Of a stretch of 64,000 nucleotides of DNA, positions 8,503 through 18,625 are shown in pieces. Location of the stretch: positions 32,001 to 96,000 of the forward strand of contig CBDDTI010000295.1 of the NCBI GenBank assembly GCA_965233585.1, written 5' to 3'. The position numbers and the translations under genes were made by a program. How positions within the stretch are numbered: position 1 is the stretch's first letter; the number at the start of each line of letters is the position of its first letter. The stretch is from a bacterium. GTDB taxonomy: Bacteria > SAR324 > NAC60-12. The notes beneath the pieces are model-generated. The model was given only the letters and a program-made list of their open reading frames with translations, had not been told where the DNA came from and made no database searches.

Positions 8503-9857
8503 TGAACACCCCGCTTTGCAAAATGTCATGGCTTTTTAAAATTTGCTTTGTTTTCCTGAATGCCTTCCTTTTAGTGCTGTATGGCGATTCCATCTTCAAT
8601 TCGTTAGACAGAATTTCAAAAAAAGGCAATTTAAAGGTCATTCTTCAAGAAGAAGAGCCTTTTTTCTATCAGGAATTAGGCATGCAAAAAGGGATTCATT
8701 ATGACCTTGCTAGATTGTTCGCTCAAGAGCTTGGTGTGGTGGTGGAGTTTGTCAGAATCAAAAAAATCAATGAAGTGTCTCATCTGCTGAAAACGGGTCA
8801 AGCAGACATGGCATTGGTTGGCAGAATCACAAAATCATCTCAAGAAAGACTGTTTTCTAGGCCCTATCTCTACACAAGTCAAATGGTTGCCTGCCGACGT
8901 GGTGGCGACATTCCTAAAAGAGAGACTGCCCCTGAACAAATTCAGCTGACCATTCCTAGCAGGTCTTATGCACAAGAAGATGCTACCCCAGCTCTCTGGA
9001 GTGTGACAGATGCCTCACCCTATGAGCTTTTTGAACAACTTTCATCTAAAAAATCTGGTTGTTTATTGGTCAATGAGACAGATTTTTTAACATTCAGAAG
9101 ATACTTTCCACAAATCAAAGAAGTTCAAATGCTACCCAAAAAACAAGGCATTTCAGCAGAGTTTCCTCAGCATGCAAAGGTTTTGAAAGACAAATTTGAT
9201 CAATGGTTGGTGTTAAATGCTCAATGGGTTCAGTCATTAGAAAAAACTTATTACGATAGATTCCATGAGCTGACTTATTCTGATTTAATCATTTTTCACT
9301 ACCGAGTGACCAATCGTTTGCCAAAATTCTTAAAATATTTCAAGGAAGCAGGAAGACGTCATCAATTACCCTGGCAGCTTTTGGCAGCGCAGGCTTATCA
9401 AGAGTCTCATTGGAATCCTAGGTCTAGGAGTAAAACAGGTGTGAGAGGGATGATGATGCTTACAAAACCCGTTGCTAAAGAGTTGAATGTGAATCGTTTA
9501 GACCCTGTTCAAAGTATTTTTGGAGGCACACGGTACCTGAAACAACTGATTGCACGAGTCCCTTCAAATGTCTCTGAACAAGACAAAATGTGGTTTGCCC
9601 TTGCCGCTTACAATGTGGGAATGGGACACGTACGAGATGCACAAAAGTTGACAGAAAGCAAGCAACAAGACCCTGGGGACTGGCAAACCGTGAGAGCTAT
9701 TTTGCCCAAGTTAGCCTTGAGAAAATATTACAAAAAACTCAGATATGGCTACGCCAGAGGATATGAAGCCGTCCATTATGTCAGACGTATTCGCGAGTTT
9801 TATGCCATTATTTTACGATTCCCCAATACTCAAACGCTTTCTCTCCAACGTCTGTAA
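8499..9857 (+). CDS. mltF: Membrane-bound lytic murein transglycosylase MltF
   Basis: N-terminal substrate-binding-like domain. AYQESHW, GVRGMMMLT, ALAAYNVG and YGYARGYEAVHYV motifs. Confidence 0.9.
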   Translation: MMNTPLCKMSWLFKICFVFLNAFLLVLYGDSIFNSLDRISKKGNLKVILQEEEPFFYQELGMQKGIHYDLARLFAQELGVVVEFVRIKKINEVSHLLKTGQADMALVGRITKSSQERLFSRPYLYTSQMVACRRGGDIPKRETAPEQIQLTIPSRSYAQEDATPALWSVTDASPYELFEQLSSKKSGCLLVNETDFLTFRRYFPQIKEVQMLPKKQGISAEFPQHAKVLKDKFDQWLVLNAQWVQSLEKTYYDRFHELTYSDLIIFHYRVTNRLPKFLKYFKEAGRRHQLPWQLLAAQAYQESHWNPRSRSKTGVRGMMMLTKPVAKELNVNRLDPVQSIFGGTRYLKQLIARVPSNVSEQDKMWFALAAYNVGMGHVRDAQKLTESKQQDPGDWQTVRAILPKLALRKYYKKLRYGYARGYEAVHYVRRIREFYAIILRFPNTQTLSLQRL

Positions 9858-10090
9858 CATCATTCACTTCAAAAAATTCCAATAAGCCTGTTTAGCAATT
9901 CATCTTTTTATGTTAGAATCTATTTTCTTCTCCATCACCTTTAACCTCAAGTTTTTGGTCTGATGACTTCAAATTTAAAGAAAATAGACTTCTTTTTTAA
10001 AAAAGAGTTTTGTTTTGAAATAAAAAACTTGCATCATTGATACAAAATCGGTTATAAATAAAGTCTTTACTTTTTGAATCAGTAACACCT

Positions 10091-11137
10091 ATGGACATTC
10101 ACTCTAAAAAAAATCAACCCCTTCATTCAAAGGATATTGACGAACTGCTTCTGAATATCCAAAAAAATCTTTTCAAGTCTCCTAAAAACAACAAAATTGG
10201 CATCATCGCTATTGTTGTTTTAGTGTTGTTGGCTTGGTTGAGTTCAGGTTTTTTTATTGTTGAACCACCAGAACAAGCCGTTGTCAAACGTTTTGGAAAA
10301 TTTCATCGCATTGAAGGACCAGGTCCACATTTGGCGTTCCCAGTTCCGATAGAAAGTGTCATTGTTGAAAATGTGCGTCAGGTTCGCCGTTTAGAGATAG
10401 GCTTTCGCACGATTGACCCAGGTCCCCCCGCACGTTACCGTCCCGTTCCAAAGGAATCACTGATTTTGACAGGTGATGAAAATATTTTAGATGTCCAATT
10501 CACCGTTCAATATCGTATCCAAGAGCTGGATAATTATCTGTTCCAGTTGACCAATCCTCAGCAAACCGTGCGTGCAACTGCAGAGGCTTCTATGCGTGAA
10601 ATCATTGGACGCACCACCGTTGATGACGCTCTCACAACAGGAAAAGCTCCGATTGAAACAGCAGTCAAGGATTTGATGCAAAACTTGTTGAATATTTACG
10701 AATCGGGGATACGAGTAGACCTTGTCAAGCTCCAAGATGTTCACCCTCCTGAAGAAGTGAAAGAAGCGTTTAAAGATGTCGCCAGTGCCAAAGAAGACCG
10801 TGAGAAGTTGATTAACCAAGCTCATGGTTTTCGTAATAACCTTTTGCCAAAGTCCAGAGGAGAGGCGGCAGAAAATCTCAACAAAGCCCATGCCTACGCA
10901 AAACAAGTTGTCTTGGAAGCCTTAGGACAAGCCAGACGTTTTGAGCTGATTTATGACAAATATAGGCAGGCTAAAGAGATTACAAAAGACAGGATTCGTA
11001 TTGAAACGATGGAAAAAATTCTTCCCAATGCTCAAAAAATTATTGCAGATCCTCAACTTGGCAAAAACTTTTTGCCATTTCTACCGATTCAACAGCAATT
11101 AGCAGACCAGACTAAAAAGACAGCTCAAGGAGAGTAA
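10091..11137 (+). CDS. hflK: FtsH protease modulator HflK
   Basis: SPFH domain with LTGDENI, DVHPPEEVKEAFKDV and PKSRGEA; N-terminal transmembrane segment. Confidence 0.92.
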   Translation: MDIHSKKNQPLHSKDIDELLLNIQKNLFKSPKNNKIGIIAIVVLVLLAWLSSGFFIVEPPEQAVVKRFGKFHRIEGPGPHLAFPVPIESVIVENVRQVRRLEIGFRTIDPGPPARYRPVPKESLILTGDENILDVQFTVQYRIQELDNYLFQLTNPQQTVRATAEASMREIIGRTTVDDALTTGKAPIETAVKDLMQNLLNIYESGIRVDLVKLQDVHPPEEVKEAFKDVASAKEDREKLINQAHGFRNNLLPKSRGEAAENLNKAHAYAKQVVLEALGQARRFELIYDKYRQAKEITKDRIRIETMEKILPNAQKIIADPQLGKNFLPFLPIQQQLADQTKKTAQGE

Positions 11138-11147
11138 AAATTTAAAG

Positions 11148-11480
11148 ATGACCTTGAATTATGCGATTCAAAACAAATGTTGCGTCGTTACAGTTCAGGG
11201 GAACATTGCGGGTGAGTATGCGGCTCGGTTTCAAAGGGAGATGTTGCAGATACTCATGCAACAGAAGGGTTACACTTTGATATTGGATTTTTCTAATGTC
11301 AAAAAAATTGATGCGACAGCCTTAGGTTTTTTGCTGTTTTGCATCAAAAAGCTAGAAGCACAGGCACAGAAGATCTCAATATGCGGGGTCAATCTTAAGA
11401 ATCAGAGACTGCTCGCCATGTCTGGGCTTGAACAGCTTTTGAAAACCTTTCCTTCAGTACAACAAGCGATGGCACAGTAA
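11148..11480 (+). CDS. STAS-domain (anti-sigma antagonist-like) protein
   Basis: LILDFSNVKKIDATALG and LLAMSGL pattern, 110 aa. Confidence 0.8.
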   Translation: MTLNYAIQNKCCVVTVQGNIAGEYAARFQREMLQILMQQKGYTLILDFSNVKKIDATALGFLLFCIKKLEAQAQKISICGVNLKNQRLLAMSGLEQLLKTFPSVQQAMAQ

Positions 11481-11502
11481 CACTATCTAATGATTTTTTA
11501 AT

Positions 11503-12864
11503 ATGAAAACTCTATCATTCCTCGTTCTCTCATTCTTTCTTTTCACCTTCTCACAGTCCTTTGCTCAAGATGACTTGACGTCGTTCCTTCAGGAGTCTCT
11601 GAAGGAATCTAAGATGCGAGCCAAATTGATTGAAATCCTTCGCCCTGCTGTTGTACAAATTAGTGTAGATAAGGAGGGAGAATTAAGCGAATTGAGGGAG
11701 CGATTCAATTTACGTATTCCTCCTCGGTCTGGGGTGGGGTCTGGGTCTATCATCTCCCAAGATGGCTACATTCTTACGAACAATCATGTCATTGAAGAAG
11801 CATCATCGGTGAGCGTGCAGCTGGCAGATGGTCGTGAATTTGAAGCAGAGATTATCGGTAGCGATCCGCTCTCTGATATTGCAGTGATTAAAATTGACGC
11901 AGAAGATTTGCCTACGATTGGGTTTGGTGATTCAGATTATCTTCAAATTGGCGAGACCGTGATTGCGATAGGCAACCCGTTTGGTCTTTCTTTAACCGTG
12001 ACAATGGGCATTGTCAGTGCAAAAGGTAGAGATGTGGGCGTTGCAGATTATGAAGATTTTATTCAAACTGACGCAGCAATCAATCCGGGAAGCAGTGGCG
12101 GACCTTTGATTAATCTGGAAGGCAAGTTAGTAGGCGTCAACACTGCTATTTTTTCAAGAAATGGGGGCTATCAGGGAATTGGATTAGCTGTCCCAATCAA
12201 CATGGCAAGTCGCATTGCCGATGATTTGATCAAACATGGCAAGGTCAAGAGAGGTTGGTTAGGCGTCAGTATTCAAGACATAGATAGAGAACTTGCAGAA
12301 AAATGGGATTTGGAAACCCATGAAGGTTCTTTGGTGACAGAAGTTCTTCCAGACTCTCCTGCTGAAGAAGCAGGTTTGCAAAGGCGTGACTTCATTATGA
12401 CAGTCAACGGCAAGAAAATACGCAATAGCAACCAACTCCGTAATGTTGTCGCAAGTATAGAACCCGAAACAGAAACCACCTTTGAAATTATTCGCGATGG
12501 TCAAAAAATATCGGTGGACATCTTCTTAGAAACCCGCCCACAACGAGTTGCCCTTCAAAGATCTACTCCAAAAAAGACGTCTCCGATTGGTGTCACTGTT
12601 CGCAAAATGGACGCTGATGCTTCCTCAAGGCTGGGTTATGACCCTCCTATCACGAAAGGAGTCTTGATTACTGATGTAGAAATGGGGTCTCCTGCTTATC
12701 GTGCAGGGCTACTTTCAGGCTACGTGATTTTGGAAGTAGAAAACACAGAGGTCAATTCAGTGAGTCAGTTTGAACGTTTGATTGAGGAAGGAGATTTGAA
12801 AAAAGGAATTGTAATACTGACTGCCACACCAAATGGAAGTCGGTTTGTTGTGTTGCACAGATAA
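11503..12864 (+). CDS. Do-family (DegP/DegQ/HtrA) serine protease with two PDZ domains
   Basis: GSGSII, TNNHV, DIAVIK and QTDAAINPGSSGGPL motifs; signal peptide. Confidence 0.93.
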   Translation: MKTLSFLVLSFFLFTFSQSFAQDDLTSFLQESLKESKMRAKLIEILRPAVVQISVDKEGELSELRERFNLRIPPRSGVGSGSIISQDGYILTNNHVIEEASSVSVQLADGREFEAEIIGSDPLSDIAVIKIDAEDLPTIGFGDSDYLQIGETVIAIGNPFGLSLTVTMGIVSAKGRDVGVADYEDFIQTDAAINPGSSGGPLINLEGKLVGVNTAIFSRNGGYQGIGLAVPINMASRIADDLIKHGKVKRGWLGVSIQDIDRELAEKWDLETHEGSLVTEVLPDSPAEEAGLQRRDFIMTVNGKKIRNSNQLRNVVASIEPETETTFEIIRDGQKISVDIFLETRPQRVALQRSTPKKTSPIGVTVRKMDADASSRLGYDPPITKGVLITDVEMGSPAYRAGLLSGYVILEVENTEVNSVSQFERLIEEGDLKKGIVILTATPNGSRFVVLHR

Positions 12865-12866
12865 AA

Positions 12867-13784
12867 CTATTCCTTAGGTCCCATCTCATTGCTAGATGGG
12901 AGATCTTTCATTCTTCTGTCTTTGCCCCCAAGATATACAAAATAGCACATCTCTTTGAGTCTTGAGTACACTCTTTTGCCAACTCGTTCTGTCAGGAGAT
13001 CATTGATTAAATAGGTTTCATCAGGTTTTTCTTTGGTTCTGATTCGTTCTTGCATAGTGGTTTCTTTGCTTTCTGTGTAGTTGGAAGTAATCATCACAGG
13101 TTTATGGCTGTTGTAACGTTCGGAAATCAGCAAATCCAAAACGCCCAGCTCCCATGCAGTGTTGCGTCCTTTTCCTAGATCATCAATAATCAACATCTGT
13201 GTTTCCAAATGAGGTTGTATGACCTCACTTTCAGAAATTCCTTGTGAGTAGCCTGAACGTAGCTCAAAAAGCAGTTGTGTAAACTCTTGAAAAATGCAAG
13301 AAATGCCATACTTGACAGTGCAGAGAGACGCCACTGCTGCCATGAGGTGTGTTTTTCCAGTACCAGTCGGACCAAGTAATGCAACACCAAGATAAGCAAT
13401 TTTGCTTTGTAAGTCCTTATCAGAAGGATTTTGAAGAGTTTTGTGATAGTTTCTAAGATTCAAATCAAGATAATTGACGGTGTCTGCATTGTTGCTATCT
13501 TTTTCGTAGTTAGAAAGACTGGCTAGTGCAAACTTTTTAGGCATTCTCATTTGATTATAGAGGTTGATGCGATGGTTGAGTTCACGGCATACTTGACATG
13601 GGTTAGCAAAATCACGTCCCAAAGAATCTCTGTAAAAAGTAAAACCCATGCCTTTGCAATCTTGACATTGTCCAACACAAGAACATGCTTTGGCTTGTGC
13701 ATATTTTGCTGATGAATCAACATAAATCTCTACTCCTGTATAATCACAATGTTGGCAATATGTTGGGGACACTGAAGCTGACAT
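12867..13784 (-). CDS. DnaC/IstB-like AAA+ ATPase with Cys-rich N-terminus
   Basis: Walker A GPTGTGKT, Walker B LIIDDLG, ITSN and SRL...GKDRR. N-terminal CQHC, CSC, CQDC and CQVC. Confidence 0.85.
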   Translation of the reverse strand: MSASVSPTYCQHCDYTGVEIYVDSSAKYAQAKACSCVGQCQDCKGMGFTFYRDSLGRDFANPCQVCRELNHRINLYNQMRMPKKFALASLSNYEKDSNNADTVNYLDLNLRNYHKTLQNPSDKDLQSKIAYLGVALLGPTGTGKTHLMAAVASLCTVKYGISCIFQEFTQLLFELRSGYSQGISESEVIQPHLETQMLIIDDLGKGRNTAWELGVLDLLISERYNSHKPVMITSNYTESKETTMQERIRTKEKPDETYLINDLLTERVGKRVYSRLKEMCYFVYLGGKDRRMKDLPSSNEMGPKE

Positions 13785-13809
13785 ACTCTGTTTTTGAAAA
13801 ATAAAAAGA

Positions 13810-14838
13810 ATGTTAAAAAATGATTTGCTTTTACGCACACTCCAAGCAAAGCCTGTTGAAAGGACTCCTGTTTGGTTGATGCGTCAAGCAGGTAGAACTG
13901 ACCCACTTTATCAGCAAATCAGGCAAAAAGACGGACGTCCACTAGATGAACTCTTTTGTGATGTAGAACTTTCAACAACCATTTCTCTTTTACCTGAACG
14001 AATGGGAGTTGATGCAATCATCATGTTTCAGGATATTCTGACGCCACTCAAAAGTCTAGGAATCCCTTTTTATTTTAGACCTGCACCACAATTTGATGAA
14101 CCGCTGACCGATATTTCTCAAATCAAAAAATTTAAAAAAATCAATTCACAGCAAGATTTTTATACAGTTGGTCAATTAATTCAATCGGTCAAGACTCAGC
14201 TGAACGGGAGGCTTCCTGTTTTGGGCTTTGCAGGTGCGCCTGCAACTGTTGCTTTATTTTTGATGGCGGGTCAAAGTCCTAGCTCCAACTTACCCAAGTT
14301 ATTAGAATTTGCCTCGCAACGTCAATCTTTTTTCCAAGAACTCCTTGACCGCCTAACTGAAATGACGGTGGAGTATCTTCAATCTCAAATCCAAAACGGA
14401 ATTGATGCCTTCCAACTCTTTGAATCTTTTGCAGAATCCTTTTCAGACAAGTTTTACGAAACGTTTGCACTGCCAACGCATCAAAAAATTTTTGAGGCAC
14501 TTCCCCAAACAACACCATCAATTTTGTTTGCGAAGGAATGGAAAAGGCTGGATCACCTGTTGGCAAGTGGTGCAAAAGTTTTAAGCATTGGAACGAGTCT
14601 TGACTTGCAAGAATGTTATCAAAACATACCTGACGACACCATTTTACAAGGCAATGTTGACAATGTCTTGCTAAAAGATGCAACGACCCAAGAGGTTTGC
14701 CAAGCTGTCACAAATTGTCTTCAACAAGGAAGAAAAGGTCGGCATATTCTCAATTTGAATCATGGACTGCTGCCTGACACCCCATTTGAGAATGTTTTAC
14801 AAGTGATTGAAACAACAAGACAATTTCAAAATCCATGA
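13810..14838 (+). CDS. hemE: Uroporphyrinogen decarboxylase
   Basis: PVWLMRQAGR, DAIIMFQDIL, LQGNVD and HILNLNHG motifs. Confidence 0.93.
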   Translation: MLKNDLLLRTLQAKPVERTPVWLMRQAGRTDPLYQQIRQKDGRPLDELFCDVELSTTISLLPERMGVDAIIMFQDILTPLKSLGIPFYFRPAPQFDEPLTDISQIKKFKKINSQQDFYTVGQLIQSVKTQLNGRLPVLGFAGAPATVALFLMAGQSPSSNLPKLLEFASQRQSFFQELLDRLTEMTVEYLQSQIQNGIDAFQLFESFAESFSDKFYETFALPTHQKIFEALPQTTPSILFAKEWKRLDHLLASGAKVLSIGTSLDLQECYQNIPDDTILQGNVDNVLLKDATTQEVCQAVTNCLQQGRKGRHILNLNHGLLPDTPFENVLQVIETTRQFQNP

Positions 14839-15800
14839 GTTTTGAACACATTCAAGGACAAGAACAAGCAATCGGCTTTCTTAAAAGCCTTGTACAAACT
14901 GGCAATATTCCCTCTGCCTTGCTTTTTTGTGGCATGCCTCATGTTGGTAAAGCAACGACTGCCAAAGCTCTGGTACAAGCCCTCAACTGCCAAAATTCTG
15001 AAAACAAACCTTGCTTGACTTGTGAGCATTGTCGTCAAATTGCAGATGACTCTTTTCCAGATTTTATGGAAGTTGCTCCTGATGGAAAATTCATTAAAAT
15101 TGCACAAATTCAAAAAGCGATTCAATGGATTCAATTTAGACCTGACCCTAACATCACAAAAACTTTGGTCATTGACCAAGCAGAAGCAATGAATTTAGAG
15201 TCTGTCAATGCGTTCTTGAAAACACTGGAAGAACCCCCTCCCAACACACTTTGTCTTTTGCTTGCATCTCAAAGAAGTGCTTTGCCTGAGACTATTCTTT
15301 CTCGTTGTCAAACAGTCCGATTTAAGCCTTTGTCTAAAAACACGATTCAATGCCTTCTGCAACAGGCTGGGGCATCGCAGGAAGAAAGTCAGTTTGCTTC
15401 ACAATTTGCAATGGGTTCATTGAATCAACATTGGGTTTCCAATCAAAATGAGTTGAAAGAATTGCGTCACTTTTTATTGGAGTTGTTAACCCAAAACTCT
15501 TTGGAGTCTTTCACAGCTTTATTCCAAAATTCAGACAAATGGGGTGCAAAAGATGGAGTCTGGTCTGATGTCTTAGACCTTGTGGAATCTATCTTGCGTG
15601 ACCTGCTATGGCTTATTCAAACGCAAGACACAGCAGGACTCCTTCATATAGATTGTTTGGAAGAGTTAGCCAAATGCCATTTTTCACAAGAACGTTTGTT
15701 GGAGCTTTATGAGGCTTTGCAGTGGACAAGGAGTAACATCAAAAGTGGGGCGAATGTCCCCTTAGCACTAGATTCATTTTGGATTCAATTAGGAACATGA
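14835..15800 (+). CDS. holB: DNA polymerase III subunit delta'
   Basis: GMPHVGK, zinc finger CxxxxxxPCxxCxxC, NAFLKTLEEPP and TILSRC. Confidence 0.92.
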   Translation: MSFEHIQGQEQAIGFLKSLVQTGNIPSALLFCGMPHVGKATTAKALVQALNCQNSENKPCLTCEHCRQIADDSFPDFMEVAPDGKFIKIAQIQKAIQWIQFRPDPNITKTLVIDQAEAMNLESVNAFLKTLEEPPPNTLCLLLASQRSALPETILSRCQTVRFKPLSKNTIQCLLQQAGASQEESQFASQFAMGSLNQHWVSNQNELKELRHFLLELLTQNSLESFTALFQNSDKWGAKDGVWSDVLDLVESILRDLLWLIQTQDTAGLLHIDCLEELAKCHFSQERLLELYEALQWTRSNIKSGANVPLALDSFWIQLGT

Positions 15801-16381
15801 TGAGACGTTTCATCATTACATCATCTTTTTGTTTGCTTGTTGCCTTGCTTGTCCCCGATTTTGTGTTGGCTCAAGAAGAAGAAACACAAGCCCCTGCTGA
15901 AAATAGCTTGCCTTTGCCTGACGTTTCCCCAGAACAGAGAGCAAAAGATGAGTTTGCTGTCTTACCGACTCCTTTTGAAGTTGAGACTGCCAAAAAGCAA
16001 GTCAAAGACATGTTTAAAACTCTTTTGAGACTCTGGCAAGAGGAAAGGTATTTTGAGATGTATCAGATGGGATATGTCTCCTCTCAAAACACGGTGGAAG
16101 AACAAGAGTTTGCAACACGCATGGTGAAGCTGGATTACTTACCTGTCTTTCCTGAAGACGAGCCAACGCTTGAGTTGAAGTTTCGCTACCGTTCGTTAAT
16201 TTACGTCACAACCCGCTTACAGTTCAAACATAAGACCAACAACACCATCAAATTCATCAAACCTCACCAATTTTTGCTGATGTATGAAAACGGAGCATGG
16301 CGAGTGGATTTGATCCAGATTCTCCGTTCACCCTTTTATTCTGCCTTTCCTGCAGAACCTGTGCAGGAGTCCAAATCTTAG
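15797..16381 (+). CDS. Hypothetical secreted protein
   Basis: Signal peptide ending VLA-QEE; ATGA-coupled to holB. Confidence 0.7.
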   Translation: MMRRFIITSSFCLLVALLVPDFVLAQEEETQAPAENSLPLPDVSPEQRAKDEFAVLPTPFEVETAKKQVKDMFKTLLRLWQEERYFEMYQMGYVSSQNTVEEQEFATRMVKLDYLPVFPEDEPTLELKFRYRSLIYVTTRLQFKHKTNNTIKFIKPHQFLLMYENGAWRVDLIQILRSPFYSAFPAEPVQESKS

Positions 16382-16388
16382 AGTCATC

Positions 16389-17489
16389 ATGCCTGAATCT
16401 ATCCTTATTGTTGACGATCAAGAAAACAATCGTTTGGTCATTGAAGATGCCTTGCGAAAAAGAAATCTTGACTTCTCCCATGCCTCTAGTGGTGAAGAAG
16501 CATTAAACATGCTCAATGCTCAAACACCTGACGTGATCTTGATGGACCAAATGATGCCCGGTTTAAGTGGCATTCAAACCATTGGACAAATTAAGCAACA
16601 AGAAAGGCTGATGGATATACCCATTTTGATGATCACAGCCCGTGATGACACGGCAACACTCAAAAAAGCATTTGATGCAGGGGCATCAGATTACATTGTC
16701 AAACCCATAGAACCTGTTACACTCAATGCCCGAGTCAGTGCGGCATTGAAAACAAAATTTGCACTGGAACAAGAAAAGACATTGACCAAAGAATTGGAAA
16801 GTCAAAAGCGTGAGCTTTCCAAATTTGTGCATGTCGTCAGCCATGATCTGAAGTCTCCCGCCGCCAGCGCTGCCAGTTTGTTTAACTTCTTCCTGTTCCG
16901 TATCAAAACAGACTATCCTGACCTAGTCAACAATCCAGACTATCAAGAAATTTTGCAACGGATACCAAGCTCATTGCAGCGCATGTTAGATTTTGTTGAT
17001 GTGACTTTGGAATATGCCACAGCAGGCAAAACAGTTGGCAAACTCGTACCAACGCCAATGCAAGACATTGTCAATGAAGTACTACAAGACCTTGCAGATG
17101 CTCTCAACCAACCATTGATTTCTATTGAGATACAAGATGATTTTCCTGAAGTTTTGTGTGATTCTTTGAAAATCAAGCAAGTCTGGCAGAATTTACTTGC
17201 AAATGCGGTCAAATACCGTGTGAAAGACCGAATGACTCATTTGCATTTAGGTTGGAAAGAAAGCGGGACAGGCTATGCGTTTTGTGTGCAAGATAATGGT
17301 GTTGGCATTCCAGAAGATGCCAGAGAAAGCATTTTTGAACCCTTTGTCAGACTAGATAATTCACAAGAAGGTTCAGGAGTAGGGCTTGCCACCGTGCAAC
17401 AAATTATCGTTGCTCATCAAGGTCAAATTTCTGTTGACCCAAATTACACACAAGGCACAAGAATTTGGTTTACACTGGCTCGGTTGTAG
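16389..17489 (+). CDS. Cytoplasmic hybrid response regulator / histidine kinase
   Basis: Receiver domain (VDD, LMDQMMP, YIVKP), H-box SHDLKSP, N-box NLLANAVKY, DNGVGI and GSGVGL. Confidence 0.92.
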   Translation: MPESILIVDDQENNRLVIEDALRKRNLDFSHASSGEEALNMLNAQTPDVILMDQMMPGLSGIQTIGQIKQQERLMDIPILMITARDDTATLKKAFDAGASDYIVKPIEPVTLNARVSAALKTKFALEQEKTLTKELESQKRELSKFVHVVSHDLKSPAASAASLFNFFLFRIKTDYPDLVNNPDYQEILQRIPSSLQRMLDFVDVTLEYATAGKTVGKLVPTPMQDIVNEVLQDLADALNQPLISIEIQDDFPEVLCDSLKIKQVWQNLLANAVKYRVKDRMTHLHLGWKESGTGYAFCVQDNGVGIPEDARESIFEPFVRLDNSQEGSGVGLATVQQIIVAHQGQISVDPNYTQGTRIWFTLARL

Positions 17490-17533
17490 TTGTCTTAATT
17501 CTTTTCATTCATCACAAAATCTAAACTCATCTT

Positions 17534-18307
17534 ATGAGACCACTTCAGAAAATTATAGAGTCTTCTAAGGTTCAGAAAGTCATCATTGCTCTCATCGTCA
17601 TCAATGCCATCATTCTTGGAATTGAAACGATTGAGATGCCCGAAAATTTATACACATTTTTTGTTTGGATAGATCATTTGATTCTGGCAGTTTTTGTTCT
17701 GGAGATTGTTGCTAAACTACTGGTGTATCGCTTTGCATTCTTTAAAAATTTTTGGAATCTTTTTGATTTAGCGATTGTGTCCATTTCACTTGTTCCTTCA
17801 GCTGGAGCATTATCGGTCTTACGTGCATTGCGTGTGTTGAGAGTCTTGCGTCTGATTTCTACGGTATCCAGCTTGAGACGCGTGATTGAGGCACTCATTC
17901 GTTCTATACCAGGTCTAGGCTCTGTCACAATTATCATGGGCTTGATCTTTTATGTGTTTGCTGTCATTGGAACAAACCTATATCAAGATGATTTTCCCCA
18001 ATGGTTTGGCAGTTTAGGCAAGACGATGTACAGCCTGTTCCAAATTATGACACTAGAAAGCTGGTCAATGGGCATTGTGAGACCTGTGATGGAAAAATTC
18101 CCGATGGCTTGGTTTTTCTTTATTCCCTACATTCTTATCACCACTTTCACCATTGTCAATTTGTTCATTGCCATCATTGTCAGCTCTATGCAAGAACATA
18201 CAACAGAAGAAGATGCACAGCAAAAAATTGACCTAGAAAAACGACTTGACACAATGGAAAAACGGATTTTAGAAGAATTACAAAAATCTTTGAACTTGAA
18301 AAAATAG
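17534..18307 (+). CDS. Bacterial voltage-gated sodium channel (BacNav family)
   Basis: S4 segment RALRVLRVLRLI, selectivity filter FQIMTLESWSMG, WNLFD and a C-terminal coiled coil. Confidence 0.93.
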   Translation: MRPLQKIIESSKVQKVIIALIVINAIILGIETIEMPENLYTFFVWIDHLILAVFVLEIVAKLLVYRFAFFKNFWNLFDLAIVSISLVPSAGALSVLRALRVLRVLRLISTVSSLRRVIEALIRSIPGLGSVTIIMGLIFYVFAVIGTNLYQDDFPQWFGSLGKTMYSLFQIMTLESWSMGIVRPVMEKFPMAWFFFIPYILITTFTIVNLFIAIIVSSMQEHTTEEDAQQKIDLEKRLDTMEKRILEELQKSLNLKK

Positions 18308-18625
18308 TGTCATTCCAACAGGTGCAGAAAAATTAGACAAAGTTCTTGTTTCAGGTTAGTCTTGCTGGGTTTCATAACACCTGTGAATGATGACTTAAAC
18401 AATCACATCACACAGAATCACTGGCTTACAAAAAACTCTTTTTTGAGAAATTCCAGAATTTTGTCTTTTAGATAGAAGTTTGTTAGGCTGTGTGAATGAA
18501 AACTTTTTTACCGCTTACTTCATTTTTAGCTTGATGGATTTAACAAATGGCATCACATACCCTCATTGACTCCTGACAACAACACATGCAGAAAACTTTG
18601 GTTTTTTCTTTTTTAGGAATTTGTT

